A DNA stretch of 64,000 bases from a virus (lineage: Duplodnaviria > Caudoviricetes), in IMG/VR virus record IMGVR_UViG_3300037113_000024, positions 685-64,684 of that record. The stretch is one strand, 5' to 3'. Every line of letters begins with the position of its first letter. The first letter of the stretch is position 1. This document shows positions 17,193 to 27,866 of the stretch, one piece after another. The notes beneath the pieces are model-generated. The model saw only the letters and a list, made by a program, of their open reading frames with translations, did not search any database and was not told where the DNA came from. A program made the position numbers and the translations under genes.

Positions 17193-19052
17193 TTAGGTGC
17201 TTTCGCTGTAGATATGCTCGTCCACCGCAGACGTGCTGGTGGACGTGACAGACGATAGGCTTGAGGACGCGCTCCACTGGGACGAATTGGACCAGTGTAT
17301 AGCACCCAAGGCTGCTGCGCCCAACTGGGCCATAACGGTGGCCGCGCCCTTGATCGCCTCGATGCTGGTCTGGCGGGCCGAGATCGCCAGTTGCGCGTTG
17401 GCCTCGCTGACCTTCACCTGCACCTGGGCGATCTGCATCTGCTCGTTCAGGATCGCCTCCCACGTCTTCACCAGCACGTCGTTGTAGGTGCCCATGGCCT
17501 GCACCTGGGCGGTGTACTCGGCGGTGGCGGCTTGGTTGAACTCGCTCGTGGCGCGAGCCTGCTCCACCATCGCCTGAAGGCTGGCCTTGTAGCCCTCAAG
17601 CTGCGCCTCGTAGCCCTGCACCTGCGCCTTGTACTGCTCAACCAGCGCGCCGGTGTACTGCGCGGCGGCGTTCACCTGCGCAGCGTAAGCCTCCACCTCC
17701 GTCTTGTAGACGTTCTCGATGGCGCTCTGGGCCTCTGCGTTGGCCTTATACCCTTCGACTTCGGCGGTGTAGGCGTTCACGGTCGATACGAACGCCTGTA
17801 TCTGCGCCGAGTAAACGTCCACCTTCGTCTTCTCGACGTTGGCCTGTGTCTGGATGATCTCGACCTGCACCTTGGCGATATCGAGCGTGAGCGACGCTGC
17901 GCTTATCTGCGTCTTGTACTGTTCAACCAAGGCCGTGTTGATCTCGGCCTTCGTCTTCTCGAACTCGATCTCGGCGTTGAGCACGGCGACGCGCGCCTTG
18001 ACGCCTTCGATGAACGCCTCGTAGGCTTGGATCGTGGCCTTGAAGCCCTCCAACCTGATCTCATAGATTTTAACGTCGGCGTTGTAGATTTCGATGGCCG
18101 CCTCAGTCTGGAACTTGGCCGTCTCGAACACGCGCTGCGCAACATTGTTGGCGTACTCGATCCAGTGGCTCTCCAACGTGACCGCCATCTCGCGCGACTT
18201 CATCACGTTTTCAAGCCGCATCTCGGCCTGCTTGACCATGATATCGCGCGAGAGCGTACCCATGGTGTAGGCCGTCTCGGTCCTGATCTTGATCCGGTTG
18301 TCGTTCCACACACCACTGGGCAAGGCGTAGCCCAAGGTTTCCTGATCGCGGTTCAGAGCGTCCAGGGTTTCCACCTGCTGGCGATACTCGCGTTCGCGCG
18401 CGGCGTCCCACATCGCCTGCTGCGTCGAAGCGTCCAGGCCGGTGTCCTGGCCGTTGGTGAGCGCGCTGTCCAGGCTCGCGGTCAAATCGCCCAGGAGCGT
18501 GCTCACGTAGGCCGGCGGCTCCACGAACGCGAGGATGTTGGGCTGCGTGATCGAGAGCGTCGGGACCTGCCCCGTGAAGCTCGGGATCGCGTAGTCGCTC
18601 GGGTTGAACGTCACCGTGTCCAGCGAGAGAAGCGTGGGCGGGTTGGGAAGGTTCACCGAGGGCGTCGGGTAGTTGAAGTTCAGGTTGACGCTCGGGCTGG
18701 TCGGGATCGAGCCGTACGACGGCTGCGGCAGAGAGCCGAAGTTGAGCGTGGGCGCGAGGCCCTGGAACGCCCCAGGGAACAAACCCTGGATGCTCGGCGG
18801 CAGTACCGAGAACGCGGCCGGCGCGTTGGGCGTCGTCCATGTCACGGTTTCAAGCGTGGGCTGACCCGGCAACTGAGGTATCGGCGGGTTCGCGATCTGC
18901 GGGAAGTAGGCGCTGACCGTGACCGGCTGAAACCACTGTTGATTGGAAAGCGACGTCACCAATTCCTCAGCCTTCGACACCAACGTATTGCTGGTGGAGA
19001 ACATGTCGTCTGCGTTACCCCATACTGGGGCTATTCCTGCTTCACCGGCCAT
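17193..19052 (-). CDS. Virion protein with long alpha-helical repeat region
   Basis: Repeated Y-x-A-x-V-x-[AG]Y pattern; position in structural arm. Confidence 0.75.
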   Translation of the reverse strand: MAGEAGIAPVWGNADDMFSTSNTLVSKAEELVTSLSNQQWFQPVTVSAYFPQIANPPIPQLPGQPTLETVTWTTPNAPAAFSVLPPSIQGLFPGAFQGLAPTLNFGSLPQPSYGSIPTSPSVNLNFNYPTPSVNLPNPPTLLSLDTVTFNPSDYAIPSFTGQVPTLSITQPNILAFVEPPAYVSTLLGDLTASLDSALTNGQDTGLDASTQQAMWDAAREREYRQQVETLDALNRDQETLGYALPSGVWNDNRIKIRTETAYTMGTLSRDIMVKQAEMRLENVMKSREMAVTLESHWIEYANNVAQRVFETAKFQTEAAIEIYNADVKIYEIRLEGFKATIQAYEAFIEGVKARVAVLNAEIEFEKTKAEINTALVEQYKTQISAASLTLDIAKVQVEIIQTQANVEKTKVDVYSAQIQAFVSTVNAYTAEVEGYKANAEAQSAIENVYKTEVEAYAAQVNAAAQYTGALVEQYKAQVQGYEAQLEGYKASLQAMVEQARATSEFNQAATAEYTAQVQAMGTYNDVLVKTWEAILNEQMQIAQVQVKVSEANAQLAISARQTSIEAIKGAATVMAQLGAAALGAIHWSNSSQWSASSSLSSVTSTSTSAVDEHIYSEST

Positions 19053-19060
19053 CGCTTACC

Positions 19061-21061
19061 TCACTGAGAATATTCCCAACCCGTAAACCGCTGATACTTG
19101 AACGGCAGATCGCCACCGACCCCTGTGAACGGAATTGGCTTCGGCGGGGGATTGTCCTTGAATATCTGCGCGTAGGCGTCCTGCTGGCGCAGATACATGT
19201 TCTGGGTGTGATCTTGTAGATACTGCGTCGCGAGATCGAAGCACTGTTGGTAGGTCAACCAAGCCTGCCCCGTCCCGCCGAAGAATGACCCGTTGTAGTT
19301 CTCGGGGTCGAAAGCGGGGTTGCCGTTGATGTCGAACAGCAGCTTGTTGCCATAGTTGTAGGAGTAGAGCCACCTTGCCGTGGCTTGCGGAAGCGTGAGG
19401 GCCGGCGAGTTCCAGCAGAACAAATACTCCTGCAAAAACCCGGCGCTCTCGTGCACACCCTGCGGGTCTACGTCCGCCGTGCGCACGAAGTCGTTAGTAA
19501 AGAAGTTCTGCGAAGTCGCCAAGATTTTTCCGTTAGCGTCGGTGTTTACGTCCCAGAACGATTGGACGTTCTGCGTCTGTATCCACTCCTTGGCGTACTG
19601 TCCTGTGAAAGAGTAATCCGTCTGCCACTGGGTGGTGAGCCTCTGGATTGTCGCGTTGTACTGCGCGTTCTGCTCAGCATTGGCTTGTTGCCACCCAGTG
19701 AGCGCGGCTTCAGCCTCTTGACTGACCGCCTGCCCAGGACCACGCCCAGGATTGTCACCACCACCAACTATGAGACAGTCGTGCGGCCCCATCAGCGACG
19801 GGTTCGGGCTGTTCTCGTCCAGAACAATAAGGCCGCCATACTCGGTGTGCGCCGCCGCGTAGTTGGGCTTGTCCTTGGTGTTCGCAGCCGTCAGATCAAA
19901 AGGCATGTTGCTACCGTTGCCCGTGCCGTAGCCGATCTGATAGTCCATTTCCGCAAACAACAATGGAGTGTTGTTCGCGGCAATAGTTTGGTCGGGCCTC
20001 TGGGGAACATTCCACGACTGCCGCACAGTCATATACTTACCACGGTCGTAGAACTCCGCGACGAAACAATCGAAGCAAGGCGCGTATGTGTCTGCGAAGC
20101 CAAGCACGCCAACTGTGTTCTGACCTTTGGCCTTGAGCGGGCTTTTGCCGTCCCGCACATCGGGGAAATAGATGCCGCCCCAGACAGCCGGATTGCCGAT
20201 GTGCGCCTGCCCATCGGCGTGCTGGCTCCAATCCTCCGCGGACTTCCAAAGCTGGTAATCGTTCCAACGGAGGCCGCCAGTACCTACGTAATTGACAAAC
20301 GAGCAGTTATTAAAAACGTTCATCCAGTCGAACAGACCATAGTTGAACTTCTTTGCGACCTTGGGCTGGTTGGTGCCGTCTATCTCATCGCCAGCGTCAT
20401 ACTGACCAGGGCTGTCGGGGGTCATCTTGAACGGCAGCTTGAAGTTGCCGGCGTTGATAAGGTCGTTCATCTTCTCCACATCACCAGTGTACGACGCGCA
20501 CAAGAGCGCCGTCTTACCGAAGAGCATGGCATAGGCAGCACAATTTCCACCTTGGAAATAACTGCTTGGTTGAACGCTTTCCTCTATCAGATAACCGTTC
20601 ATGAAGACTGCATAAGGACCAACAGGCACAATGCCTATGGGACTTTGCACGGGGTAGATTGGCTCGCCGTGTATCCAGAGAACGTAGCCATCCAAGTTGG
20701 TGTCGGTCGTGGTGTCGAGTTCGAGCGCGCCGCCGGTCGGGTAAACGTCGATCAGCAGCTTTTCAACACCATTGTTGTAGGTGTAGCGCGCCCGCAGGTC
20801 GTCGCCGATACGCATATTGTCCGCCCGGTAGCCCAGGCCCGAGAGCGAGTTCTGCTGGCGGTTGTTGGCGATGAAGCGATCCAGCAGGGAGCTATGCCCC
20901 TGGATGATCTGCCCCGCCACCTGCATCAGCGCGCCCTTGTCTGTGCTGTTCACATCCGCCGGCAGTTGAGCGTCCACCTGCAAGCTCATAGGCCGCTGAG
21001 CGCCATCGGGCGGTGAGGACTGCCAGGGCAGGGGCCTGTAGGTGTTAGACACGACGCCCAC
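19061..21061 (-). CDS. Putative tail / receptor-interacting protein
   Basis: 666-aa ORF rich in aromatics, Gly and Asn; lower GC in the central part. Confidence 0.65.
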   Translation of the reverse strand: MGVVSNTYRPLPWQSSPPDGAQRPMSLQVDAQLPADVNSTDKGALMQVAGQIIQGHSSLLDRFIANNRQQNSLSGLGYRADNMRIGDDLRARYTYNNGVEKLLIDVYPTGGALELDTTTDTNLDGYVLWIHGEPIYPVQSPIGIVPVGPYAVFMNGYLIEESVQPSSYFQGGNCAAYAMLFGKTALLCASYTGDVEKMNDLINAGNFKLPFKMTPDSPGQYDAGDEIDGTNQPKVAKKFNYGLFDWMNVFNNCSFVNYVGTGGLRWNDYQLWKSAEDWSQHADGQAHIGNPAVWGGIYFPDVRDGKSPLKAKGQNTVGVLGFADTYAPCFDCFVAEFYDRGKYMTVRQSWNVPQRPDQTIAANNTPLLFAEMDYQIGYGTGNGSNMPFDLTAANTKDKPNYAAAHTEYGGLIVLDENSPNPSLMGPHDCLIVGGGDNPGRGPGQAVSQEAEAALTGWQQANAEQNAQYNATIQRLTTQWQTDYSFTGQYAKEWIQTQNVQSFWDVNTDANGKILATSQNFFTNDFVRTADVDPQGVHESAGFLQEYLFCWNSPALTLPQATARWLYSYNYGNKLLFDINGNPAFDPENYNGSFFGGTGQAWLTYQQCFDLATQYLQDHTQNMYLRQQDAYAQIFKDNPPPKPIPFTGVGGDLPFKYQRFTGWEYSQ

Positions 21062-22157
21062 TCATGGAGGGGATGAACTCGATGTTGTTGAAGCTGAAGT
21101 CCTGCCCGTCCACCGTCTCGACGTGCCAGCCCATAAAGCGAGATTTGAGGCCCTTCCCGATCCTGAACTTGGTGCTCATCAGCCCTGGGTTGGAAGAGGT
21201 CTGATAGGAGAACTCACGCCCGTCGCCGGTGTCGAGCTTGAGCAACCAATCCGGTGTGCTCCCTTCGCCTTGCCCGGTGACGCCCACATAGACGCCCTTC
21301 AGGCCGGCGAACTTGCCGCCGTTGGGTTCGAGATAGCCGCCGGTCAGCGAAGCGATGACCTTCACGCCATCGTCGCTCGGGCCATTGAGTTCGTAGATGC
21401 CGTTCGCATCCGCCGCGATATACTTGCGACCAATGGTCGCGAAGCTGTTGTAGTTGAAGCCGCGGTACTCGGTGACGGCTTGGGTGCGGGTGTTGACCGC
21501 CCATGCGGTGCTGTCCCCTGAGAGGGTCCACGTCTCGCCCGCGATCACGAGATCGCTGAGCGTGACCTGATAGGCTCCCTGCAGCAGGGGCGTGTCCGAA
21601 GCCAGGGCCGTGGAGACGACTACGACGTGCGCCGTGCGCACAGCCACATAGTACTCGCCGGCCGCGGCGCTGTCGGTCAGGACGGCGTTCGCCTTGTAGG
21701 TGACCGTCACGCTGTCGTGGGCGGCTGCGCTGTCGCTCCACCCCTTGGCGGTGAGGACTGTCCAGCTATCGGTCGCCTCGGCGCTCGTGGCCTGGGACAG
21801 GTGGAAATGCGCGGTCGCGCTCGCGCTGTCGGTCGCTCGGACCTTCTCACTCACCCGCGTGTTGCGCGTGAGGGTGTAGCTCTCCGTCGCGTTGGCGCTG
21901 CTCGACTGGGAGATAACCCGCTTGATCAACCAAGCGTCGCTCGCCTTGGCCGCGTCGGCGAAGGTCGCCCCGCCTGACTTAGCCCCGTACGAGGCGCTAT
22001 CGGTCGCCTTGGCGCTGTCCGAGATCAGGCCGCCGGGGTAGAACTTGAACGTAAAAACGCCACTGACGGACACGGTGTCCGTCAGCGCAATGCCGGTGAC
22101 GAGGGTCAAATTCTCGGACGCGAGTGCGCCGTCTGCGCCCGAGATTTGATCGACCAT
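21045..22157 (-). CDS. Structural protein with SA-x-ATDS repeats
   Basis: Repeats such as DSAKATDS and TSAEATDS; C-terminal tail-like domain (WAVNT...YRGFNYNSF). Confidence 0.7.
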   Translation of the reverse strand: MVDQISGADGALASENLTLVTGIALTDTVSVSGVFTFKFYPGGLISDSAKATDSASYGAKSGGATFADAAKASDAWLIKRVISQSSSANATESYTLTRNTRVSEKVRATDSASATAHFHLSQATSAEATDSWTVLTAKGWSDSAAAHDSVTVTYKANAVLTDSAAAGEYYVAVRTAHVVVVSTALASDTPLLQGAYQVTLSDLVIAGETWTLSGDSTAWAVNTRTQAVTEYRGFNYNSFATIGRKYIAADANGIYELNGPSDDGVKVIASLTGGYLEPNGGKFAGLKGVYVGVTGQGEGSTPDWLLKLDTGDGREFSYQTSSNPGLMSTKFRIGKGLKSRFMGWHVETVDGQDFSFNNIEFIPSMSGRRV

Positions 22158-22160
22158 GGG

Positions 22161-22700
22161 TTAGCTCGACGTTAGGGTGGTCTGATACGTGACCGTGATG
22201 CTGTCCGTGTTCGCCACCGACTTAGACGAGCCGAACTGCGCCGCGCTGTAGAGCGTGCCGCTGTTGGAGGCCGGCGTCGCGGACGAGATGATGAACGCGC
22301 CGGTGAGCGTGGCCGAGCCCGTGAAGTTGAACGTCGCCTGCGAGGCGCTGTTGGTCAGCGTGGGGCTCGACGTGGCCTGGGCCGGGCTGAAGGTCGGACG
22401 CGCGCCGCCCGAGTAGCCCGTAAACTCGCCCGCGTTGCTCACGATGCTCGACGCCGTGTCGGTAGCGACCGGGGTGTAGTTGTTCTGGAACACGCCCACG
22501 TACCAACTGGTCAGCGCCGTCAGCCCCGCGAGGCCGGCGTTGAGCAGGTAGACGAGCCCCTGATTGACCACCGTGTTCTCGGCTTCCCACTCGTCAATCT
22601 TCTCGCCCTTGCGGAAGTGCTCGACGCGGTAGAGCCCGCCCGCCCGCGCAAGCTCGTGATCGGGGATCAGCAGCCCACCACTGGTTTCCTTGTACCTCAT
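22161..22700 (-). CDS. Small beta-rich virion/fibre subunit
   Basis: ATGA coupling; NTVVNQGL...YSGGARP...SGTLYS; resembles 32253-32681. Confidence 0.75.
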   Translation of the reverse strand: MRYKETSGGLLIPDHELARAGGLYRVEHFRKGEKIDEWEAENTVVNQGLVYLLNAGLAGLTALTSWYVGVFQNNYTPVATDTASSIVSNAGEFTGYSGGARPTFSPAQATSSPTLTNSASQATFNFTGSATLTGAFIISSATPASNSGTLYSAAQFGSSKSVANTDSITVTYQTTLTSS

Positions 22701-23812
22701 GAAAACTGCTCCGTTGCCTTGGCGCTGTCCGCCATATCGACCCACATAGCATTACCACGGATAATTCCGGGGTCCACATACTTCCCAGTCCTTGCACCGT
22801 TGACCGGCGCACCGTCAGAGGTAAGGCAGACCACGTAGTGGTTCATGCCATCCTGCCGTCGAAACATGGCTGCTGCGGTGGTGGCCACGGGAAAGAACAC
22901 GGTCGCTTCCGTGATGTTCGTGCACTTGCCGCCGTCGTCGCCCACGCAAAAACCCCTGGTGGTCATGAAGGCCACGCTGACCTGCATGGGCTCTTGGTTC
23001 TCGCCCTGCTGCTTCGGGTTGCCAAGCTCGCCGGGGATTTCGACGGCCGATCCTGGGATCACGCCGCTGTCCATGACGCGCTGCCGCTTCAGCGTCTCGA
23101 ACGAACCGCCCGCGAGGAAATAGACGCCTTCCGTGGTGCCGACGTAAACCCCGTCGAGCACCACGCCAAGCATAGTAATGTCGGCCTCGAATTGGATGAA
23201 GCCGCGGTTTTTGTCTACGAAGTTATACGCCTGAAACTCCGTGGCCCAGAGCATCTTACCCGCCGCCAAGTAGATGCGACCATTGTAATAGACGAGGGCT
23301 GTGGCCAGCGGAGGCGCGCCAAGAAGCTTCCCACGGATTGCAGGAAGCGTTGAAGAAGTGTCAACGATGGGGCTCAGCCATATGTCTTGGGCTGGACCCC
23401 AGTTGTTCACAGCCCCCGTCGCATGAGTGATAATGCCTGAGCCAGTGGCGCAGGTGAAGTAGACGTACTCACCCAAGTGCTCGAACGCGACGCCCGCGGG
23501 TCCAACATCCGACAGATCGCCAATACCGTTAAGCAGGACAGTGAAAGAGTAGTCGGGTCCAACAATTCCAAGTTCGCCATCTTTCACTCCATAGACTACG
23601 CCATCGTCTGCGGTCCACAGACTATGGCAGTTGCCGGTCACGACCTGTTTTCGGCCGCGACGCCGGTGCGGCTCGCCCACGTCATCGAGATCGACGTTGA
23701 CGGCTCCTGCGAGTTCGCGAGAACTCAAGTCCTCGCGAGCAACAGTGTTTCGTATGCCGGTGAAGCCCTTCAGCATAATGCTCTCGGGCACGCCCTGCGG
23801 TGTCTCAGGCAT
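22697..23812 (-). CDS. Tail tubular/nozzle-like beta-propeller protein
   Basis: FTGIRN...AVNVDLDDVG...RRRG N-terminus typical of podoviral stabilisation/nozzle proteins. Confidence 0.65.
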   Translation of the reverse strand: MPETPQGVPESIMLKGFTGIRNTVAREDLSSRELAGAVNVDLDDVGEPHRRRGRKQVVTGNCHSLWTADDGVVYGVKDGELGIVGPDYSFTVLLNGIGDLSDVGPAGVAFEHLGEYVYFTCATGSGIITHATGAVNNWGPAQDIWLSPIVDTSSTLPAIRGKLLGAPPLATALVYYNGRIYLAAGKMLWATEFQAYNFVDKNRGFIQFEADITMLGVVLDGVYVGTTEGVYFLAGGSFETLKRQRVMDSGVIPGSAVEIPGELGNPKQQGENQEPMQVSVAFMTTRGFCVGDDGGKCTNITEATVFFPVATTAAAMFRRQDGMNHYVVCLTSDGAPVNGARTGKYVDPGIIRGNAMWVDMADSAKATEQFS

Positions 23813-24176
23813 TGGCTTTCCCCTTGGGCATGGTGCAGACCGCCATGTGATCGTCGTAGAGCTTGCGCAGCCGGTCGCGCTCTGCGCGCATGTCCTTCAG
23901 GTCACCCTTGATTGCAACCAAGTCCTGGCTCATGCCTTCGATGTGCGCCTCGTAGCCGTCCATGAGCGCCTTGAAGCGGTCTGTCAGATCGGTGGTCTGC
24001 GCGGTCGCGTCGCTGCGGCGCTTGGCGTCGTCAAGGAGACGCCGGTCCTCTTGCGCCATCTTCGCCTTTTCCTTCGCCGTGTAGACAACGCCCGTCAGGG
24101 CGAGCACCCCCGCAATGATCGGGGTTGCCCAGTCTTTCCATGGCAGGCTTTTGAGATATGCGATCCAGTCGTCCAC
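23805..24176 (-). CDS. Single-TM coiled-coil protein (holin/antiholin-like)
   Basis: GAGG + GTG start; IIAGVLALTGVVY TM followed by coiled coil. Confidence 0.55.
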   Translation of the reverse strand: MDDWIAYLKSLPWKDWATPIIAGVLALTGVVYTAKEKAKMAQEDRRLLDDAKRRSDATAQTTDLTDRFKALMDGYEAHIEGMSQDLVAIKGDLKDMRAERDRLRKLYDDHMAVCTMPKGKANA

Positions 24177-24198
24177 CGCGGGGTCCTCTACGCCCTCG

Positions 24199-24501
24199 TC
24201 AGACGTTGTTCGCTTGGTTGGCGTAAACCTCAAAGCAGCCTTGGGCGGCGGCCTGAAGGGTTCCGAAGCCGTAGATCATCCAGTCCACGGTGCCCTCGCC
24301 CGACGCCGAAGTGTCCCAGGTCCCTACCCATGCTCCTGTAACAGCATTGTAAGTAAGACCAATGCTGACTTGGTGGGCCGCCCCGCCTTGATCGTTATAC
24401 GTGATGACGGCGTTCGCCTCTGAGGGCTGCGTGGCCGAGCCATCGGCGGCGACGAACACGGTAGATAGGGTCACCACATTTTTGCGTACGAAGCTCGGCA
24501 T
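24199..24501 (-). CDS. Small Ig-like virion protein
   Basis: 100-aa beta-rich ORF with GAGG RBS. Confidence 0.65.
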   Translation of the reverse strand: MPSFVRKNVVTLSTVFVAADGSATQPSEANAVITYNDQGGAAHQVSIGLTYNAVTGAWVGTWDTSASGEGTVDWMIYGFGTLQAAAQGCFEVYANQANNV

Positions 24502-24508
24502 TGCACCC

Positions 24509-26854
24509 TCACCTGATATTCACCCGCGCTGTCGCTAATTGGCCGACACTTACACTGGCTGCTGCAAGTTGTGTGATCTCCGTACTTGCCCCTGCAACTG
24601 CTGCGATGTTTACGCTTACGCCTGCTGTTGCCCCAACAGATACTGCGGCGGTGCCTGGGCAAATTTCCTGTTCGGTGTCAGAATATCCGATGACCAGGGA
24701 ATATGCTACTGCTCTGCCTGTGCTCGCCGATATTGCGCCAGATGCGCCGATCACGCTCGCGCCGCCGTTGGCGAACCCCCGCGCCTGGACAGGCGTATTG
24801 CTGAAGCCCTGAACGAGCGCTGAACCATTGGCGTAGCCGTGAGCGTAGACGACGCCCTGCGCCGCGCCAGACGCCGTGCTCGACCCTGTGGCTGTGCCCG
24901 CGGATGGTGCGGACGCCGCGCCGACCCCTGCCGCAGTCGATGACCCGGCCGCTGCGCCTACGCTGTTCGACGTGGCCCCGCTGACGCCCAGAACGATGCT
25001 TTGGCCCGTGGCGACGCCCACCACGCTGTTGATGAAAGCGCTAACGCCTTGCGCCGTGCTTATGGCGATGGCGTGGCCAGCGCCAGCACCAAGGGAGCCT
25101 GACACACCCGAGGCCGCGGATGAACCCGTTCCCAGGCCCACGCCGCCTACAAGGGCATGCCCAACACCCGAAACGCTGGCCACGCCTGCCGCCGCGCCTG
25201 CTCCACCGGCTGCGACCACTCCCGCGCCTGAGAGGGTGGCCGAGCCTACAGCCGTGCCGACGCCCTGGTTATACGACGCCCCTACGCCGTTGACCAGTGC
25301 TCCACCGGACGCATTGCCTGTAACGCTGACGCCATTGCTGCCGTAGCCAACAACCAAGGCTTGGCCGGTGGCGGTGCCCACCACGCGCGCTTGGCCGGTG
25401 GCGGTGCTGGACCCTGCCGCTGTGCCGACATGGCCGCCAGCGACGCCCGTGACGGTCGCTGAGCCGTAGGCCGTGCCCACACCTTGGCCCTGGATCGCGC
25501 CCACGCCCAGAACCGTGGCGAAGCCCGTAGCGGTCGCCGTGATCTGGACCACGCCGAAAGCGCTGCTCGTGCCGGCCGCCGCGCCAACGCCCGCGAGCGT
25601 AGTTGTGGATGGCGCGACCCCTTGCGCGTTGCTCGACCCGAAGGCAAGGCCCACGCTGTAGGTGTGGCCCAGGCCCACCCCCGAGACAGTCGCGCCTCCC
25701 GAAGCAGACCCCACGGCCTGCCTCGCCTCGATCCCGACGCCTGCGACGGTCGCCACGCCAAGCGCCGCGCCAACGTTCACGACGTAGGAGCTAACGCCCG
25801 AGACAGTGGCGCTCCCCGTCGCAGAACCAGTGGTTGTAAGTGCCTCTACGCCTACGCCGTAGCCATAGCTTACACCGAAGGCCCCTCCTACGTAGGTGAC
25901 AGGAACGCCTACGCCGCTCACTGAGGCCGATCCAGCCGCCGAGCCTGCCGCGGGCTCCAGCGCGCGGCCGACGCCGCTCACGGTCGCTGCGCCGGTCGCC
26001 GTGCCTACCGCAGGGTAAGCGCTGCCCGATGCGCCGAGCACCTGGGCGCGGTTGTTGTTCGAGCGGCCAACACCCTCGAACTTCGCCGCCCCCACGCCCG
26101 AGATCGTGGCGGACCCGGTGGACACGCCATAGCCCACGCCACCGTTGACGCCGTGACCCGTGACAGAACTGACGCCCGAAGAAGACCCAATGGCGGCCAC
26201 AATCGCGAAAGGGAAGCCCTGGACGGCTGCAACGCCATAAGCGAAGCCTAGAGCCGCCTTCTGCGCGGCGCTGACGCCAGTGACCGTCGCTACACCCGAC
26301 GCATGGCCTATGAAGCCGGGCACACCCTGCGCGGTGCTCGTGCCGGTCGCTGTGCCCGCGCCCTGCGAGGTGGGGCTGCGCCCATCGACATTCGCGCTGC
26401 CGGTCGCTGTGCCGACGCCAAGAGGGACGGCCACGCCTGTAACAGTCGCCGCGCCGCGCGCATCGCCGGTGCCGCTGCCCTGGGTGACCTGTAGGCCAAC
26501 GCCCGAAGCGCTCGACGCGCCGGTCGCTGTGCCCACGGCGTTGAAATAGTTGGGCGGGTAGGTGGTCGTGGCCGCGATTGGCCCAGAACCCATCGCGCTC
26601 GACGCCAGCATGGGGTAGGCGTGCAGCGGCCAGTCAGCAACCGGAACCGTGAGGCTGTAGGAGACTTCCAGCTTAATCGCAGCGCTGACGGCCTTGGGAT
26701 TGCCGGCGTGCGCGACTTCGGCTTGGACCTTGGCGGTGACGCCTGTGGGCGCACCACCATGAGCGACTTCCGCCTGGACCTTCGCCGACTTGCCCTTGGG
26801 GTTACCCGCGTGCGCGACTTCAGCCTGAACCTTCGCAGTCGCGCCGGTGGTCAT
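24509..26854 (-). CDS. Gly/Ala/Ser/Thr/Val-rich repeat fibre protein
   Basis: Dozens of G-x-A-x-G-x-A-x-V-x-G units; N-terminal AKVQAEVAH x3. Confidence 0.8.
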   Translation of the reverse strand: MTTGATAKVQAEVAHAGNPKGKSAKVQAEVAHGGAPTGVTAKVQAEVAHAGNPKAVSAAIKLEVSYSLTVPVADWPLHAYPMLASSAMGSGPIAATTTYPPNYFNAVGTATGASSASGVGLQVTQGSGTGDARGAATVTGVAVPLGVGTATGSANVDGRSPTSQGAGTATGTSTAQGVPGFIGHASGVATVTGVSAAQKAALGFAYGVAAVQGFPFAIVAAIGSSSGVSSVTGHGVNGGVGYGVSTGSATISGVGAAKFEGVGRSNNNRAQVLGASGSAYPAVGTATGAATVSGVGRALEPAAGSAAGSASVSGVGVPVTYVGGAFGVSYGYGVGVEALTTTGSATGSATVSGVSSYVVNVGAALGVATVAGVGIEARQAVGSASGGATVSGVGLGHTYSVGLAFGSSNAQGVAPSTTTLAGVGAAAGTSSAFGVVQITATATGFATVLGVGAIQGQGVGTAYGSATVTGVAGGHVGTAAGSSTATGQARVVGTATGQALVVGYGSNGVSVTGNASGGALVNGVGASYNQGVGTAVGSATLSGAGVVAAGGAGAAAGVASVSGVGHALVGGVGLGTGSSAASGVSGSLGAGAGHAIAISTAQGVSAFINSVVGVATGQSIVLGVSGATSNSVGAAAGSSTAAGVGAASAPSAGTATGSSTASGAAQGVVYAHGYANGSALVQGFSNTPVQARGFANGGASVIGASGAISASTGRAVAYSLVIGYSDTEQEICPGTAAVSVGATAGVSVNIAAVAGASTEITQLAAASVSVGQLATARVNIR

Positions 26855-27865
26855 TTAGGGCACCTTGTAGCCGATACTCGCCGAGTTCACGTTAGCATAC
26901 GTCCATGCCGCACTGGTATGCGGGTCCGCCTCGAACACGGACGACTGGATGCCCCAGGACGTGGTTAGAGCCTGCGACGATCCGTCGCCCTCCGTGGTGT
27001 TCGATACAACCAAGGGTTCGAGGCTGTACGCGCCCGCGTCGCTCTTTTGGCTCACCATCTTGATCGAGACGGCGTGCACGATGGCCGGCGTGCTCACGAG
27101 CGCCCCGTGGCCGAACACTTCCTTGTCACCACTGGTGTTGGGCATGGTGAGATAGTCGGTCACGTCGAACTGGGGCTCGTCCACCACGGCGTAATGGCTC
27201 GTCCCCGTGGAAGGCGTTGCGTTGTTCGTCCCCGCGTCGCTGGTGGGCACCAGGGTTTCGATCCGGCTATCGCCGACACGACCATTGTTGATCGAGCCCG
27301 ACAGGTCGTTGACGATCCAGTCGTCAATAGACATGGTGAGGCCCTGACCAGACAAATTGTCGCTGATGTGCGCTGTCACGAGTTGGGTGATGCCCGAGTC
27401 GTAGACCGTGTTCGCGCCGGTCACGTTGATCACCTGAACGTTGTCGATCCACACCTCCATGACGCCGACCGTAGCGCTGAGCTTGCAATGAATGTCGATC
27501 CAGTGCCAGCCCGACGTGAGCACGCTTACGGCTGTGCCAAGCACCGTGTTCATGTGGCCACTCCACACTTTCCACGCACCTGTGAATGAGTTGTACGTCA
27601 CCGCATCCTCGATACCCGACGTGCTGCCGAACATCGCCACAACCCTGTCCGAGGAACTGGAAGATGAAGCGCTTAGTGCGAACGAGGACCAAATCTCAGA
27701 CGACGCAGGGATGGGCCTTACGAGGCCGTAATAGCTGGTTTCCCACGCGCCCCCGCCGAACCGGCCCCCAGTGGTGACGATGGTGCCCGAGTAGCTGGTG
27801 TAAGCCATGCCGATATCGGTTTGGCTGTTGTAGAGGTCAAAACCGTCCTGCCAAAGAATGGCCAT
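26855..27865 (-). CDS. ConA/LamG-like virion protein
   Basis: MAILWQDGFD...GWHWIDI...VMEVWIDNVQVI. Confidence 0.7.
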   Translation of the reverse strand: MAILWQDGFDLYNSQTDIGMAYTSYSGTIVTTGGRFGGGAWETSYYGLVRPIPASSEIWSSFALSASSSSSSDRVVAMFGSTSGIEDAVTYNSFTGAWKVWSGHMNTVLGTAVSVLTSGWHWIDIHCKLSATVGVMEVWIDNVQVINVTGANTVYDSGITQLVTAHISDNLSGQGLTMSIDDWIVNDLSGSINNGRVGDSRIETLVPTSDAGTNNATPSTGTSHYAVVDEPQFDVTDYLTMPNTSGDKEVFGHGALVSTPAIVHAVSIKMVSQKSDAGAYSLEPLVVSNTTEGDGSSQALTTSWGIQSSVFEADPHTSAAWTYANVNSASIGYKVP

Positions 27866-27866
27866 G

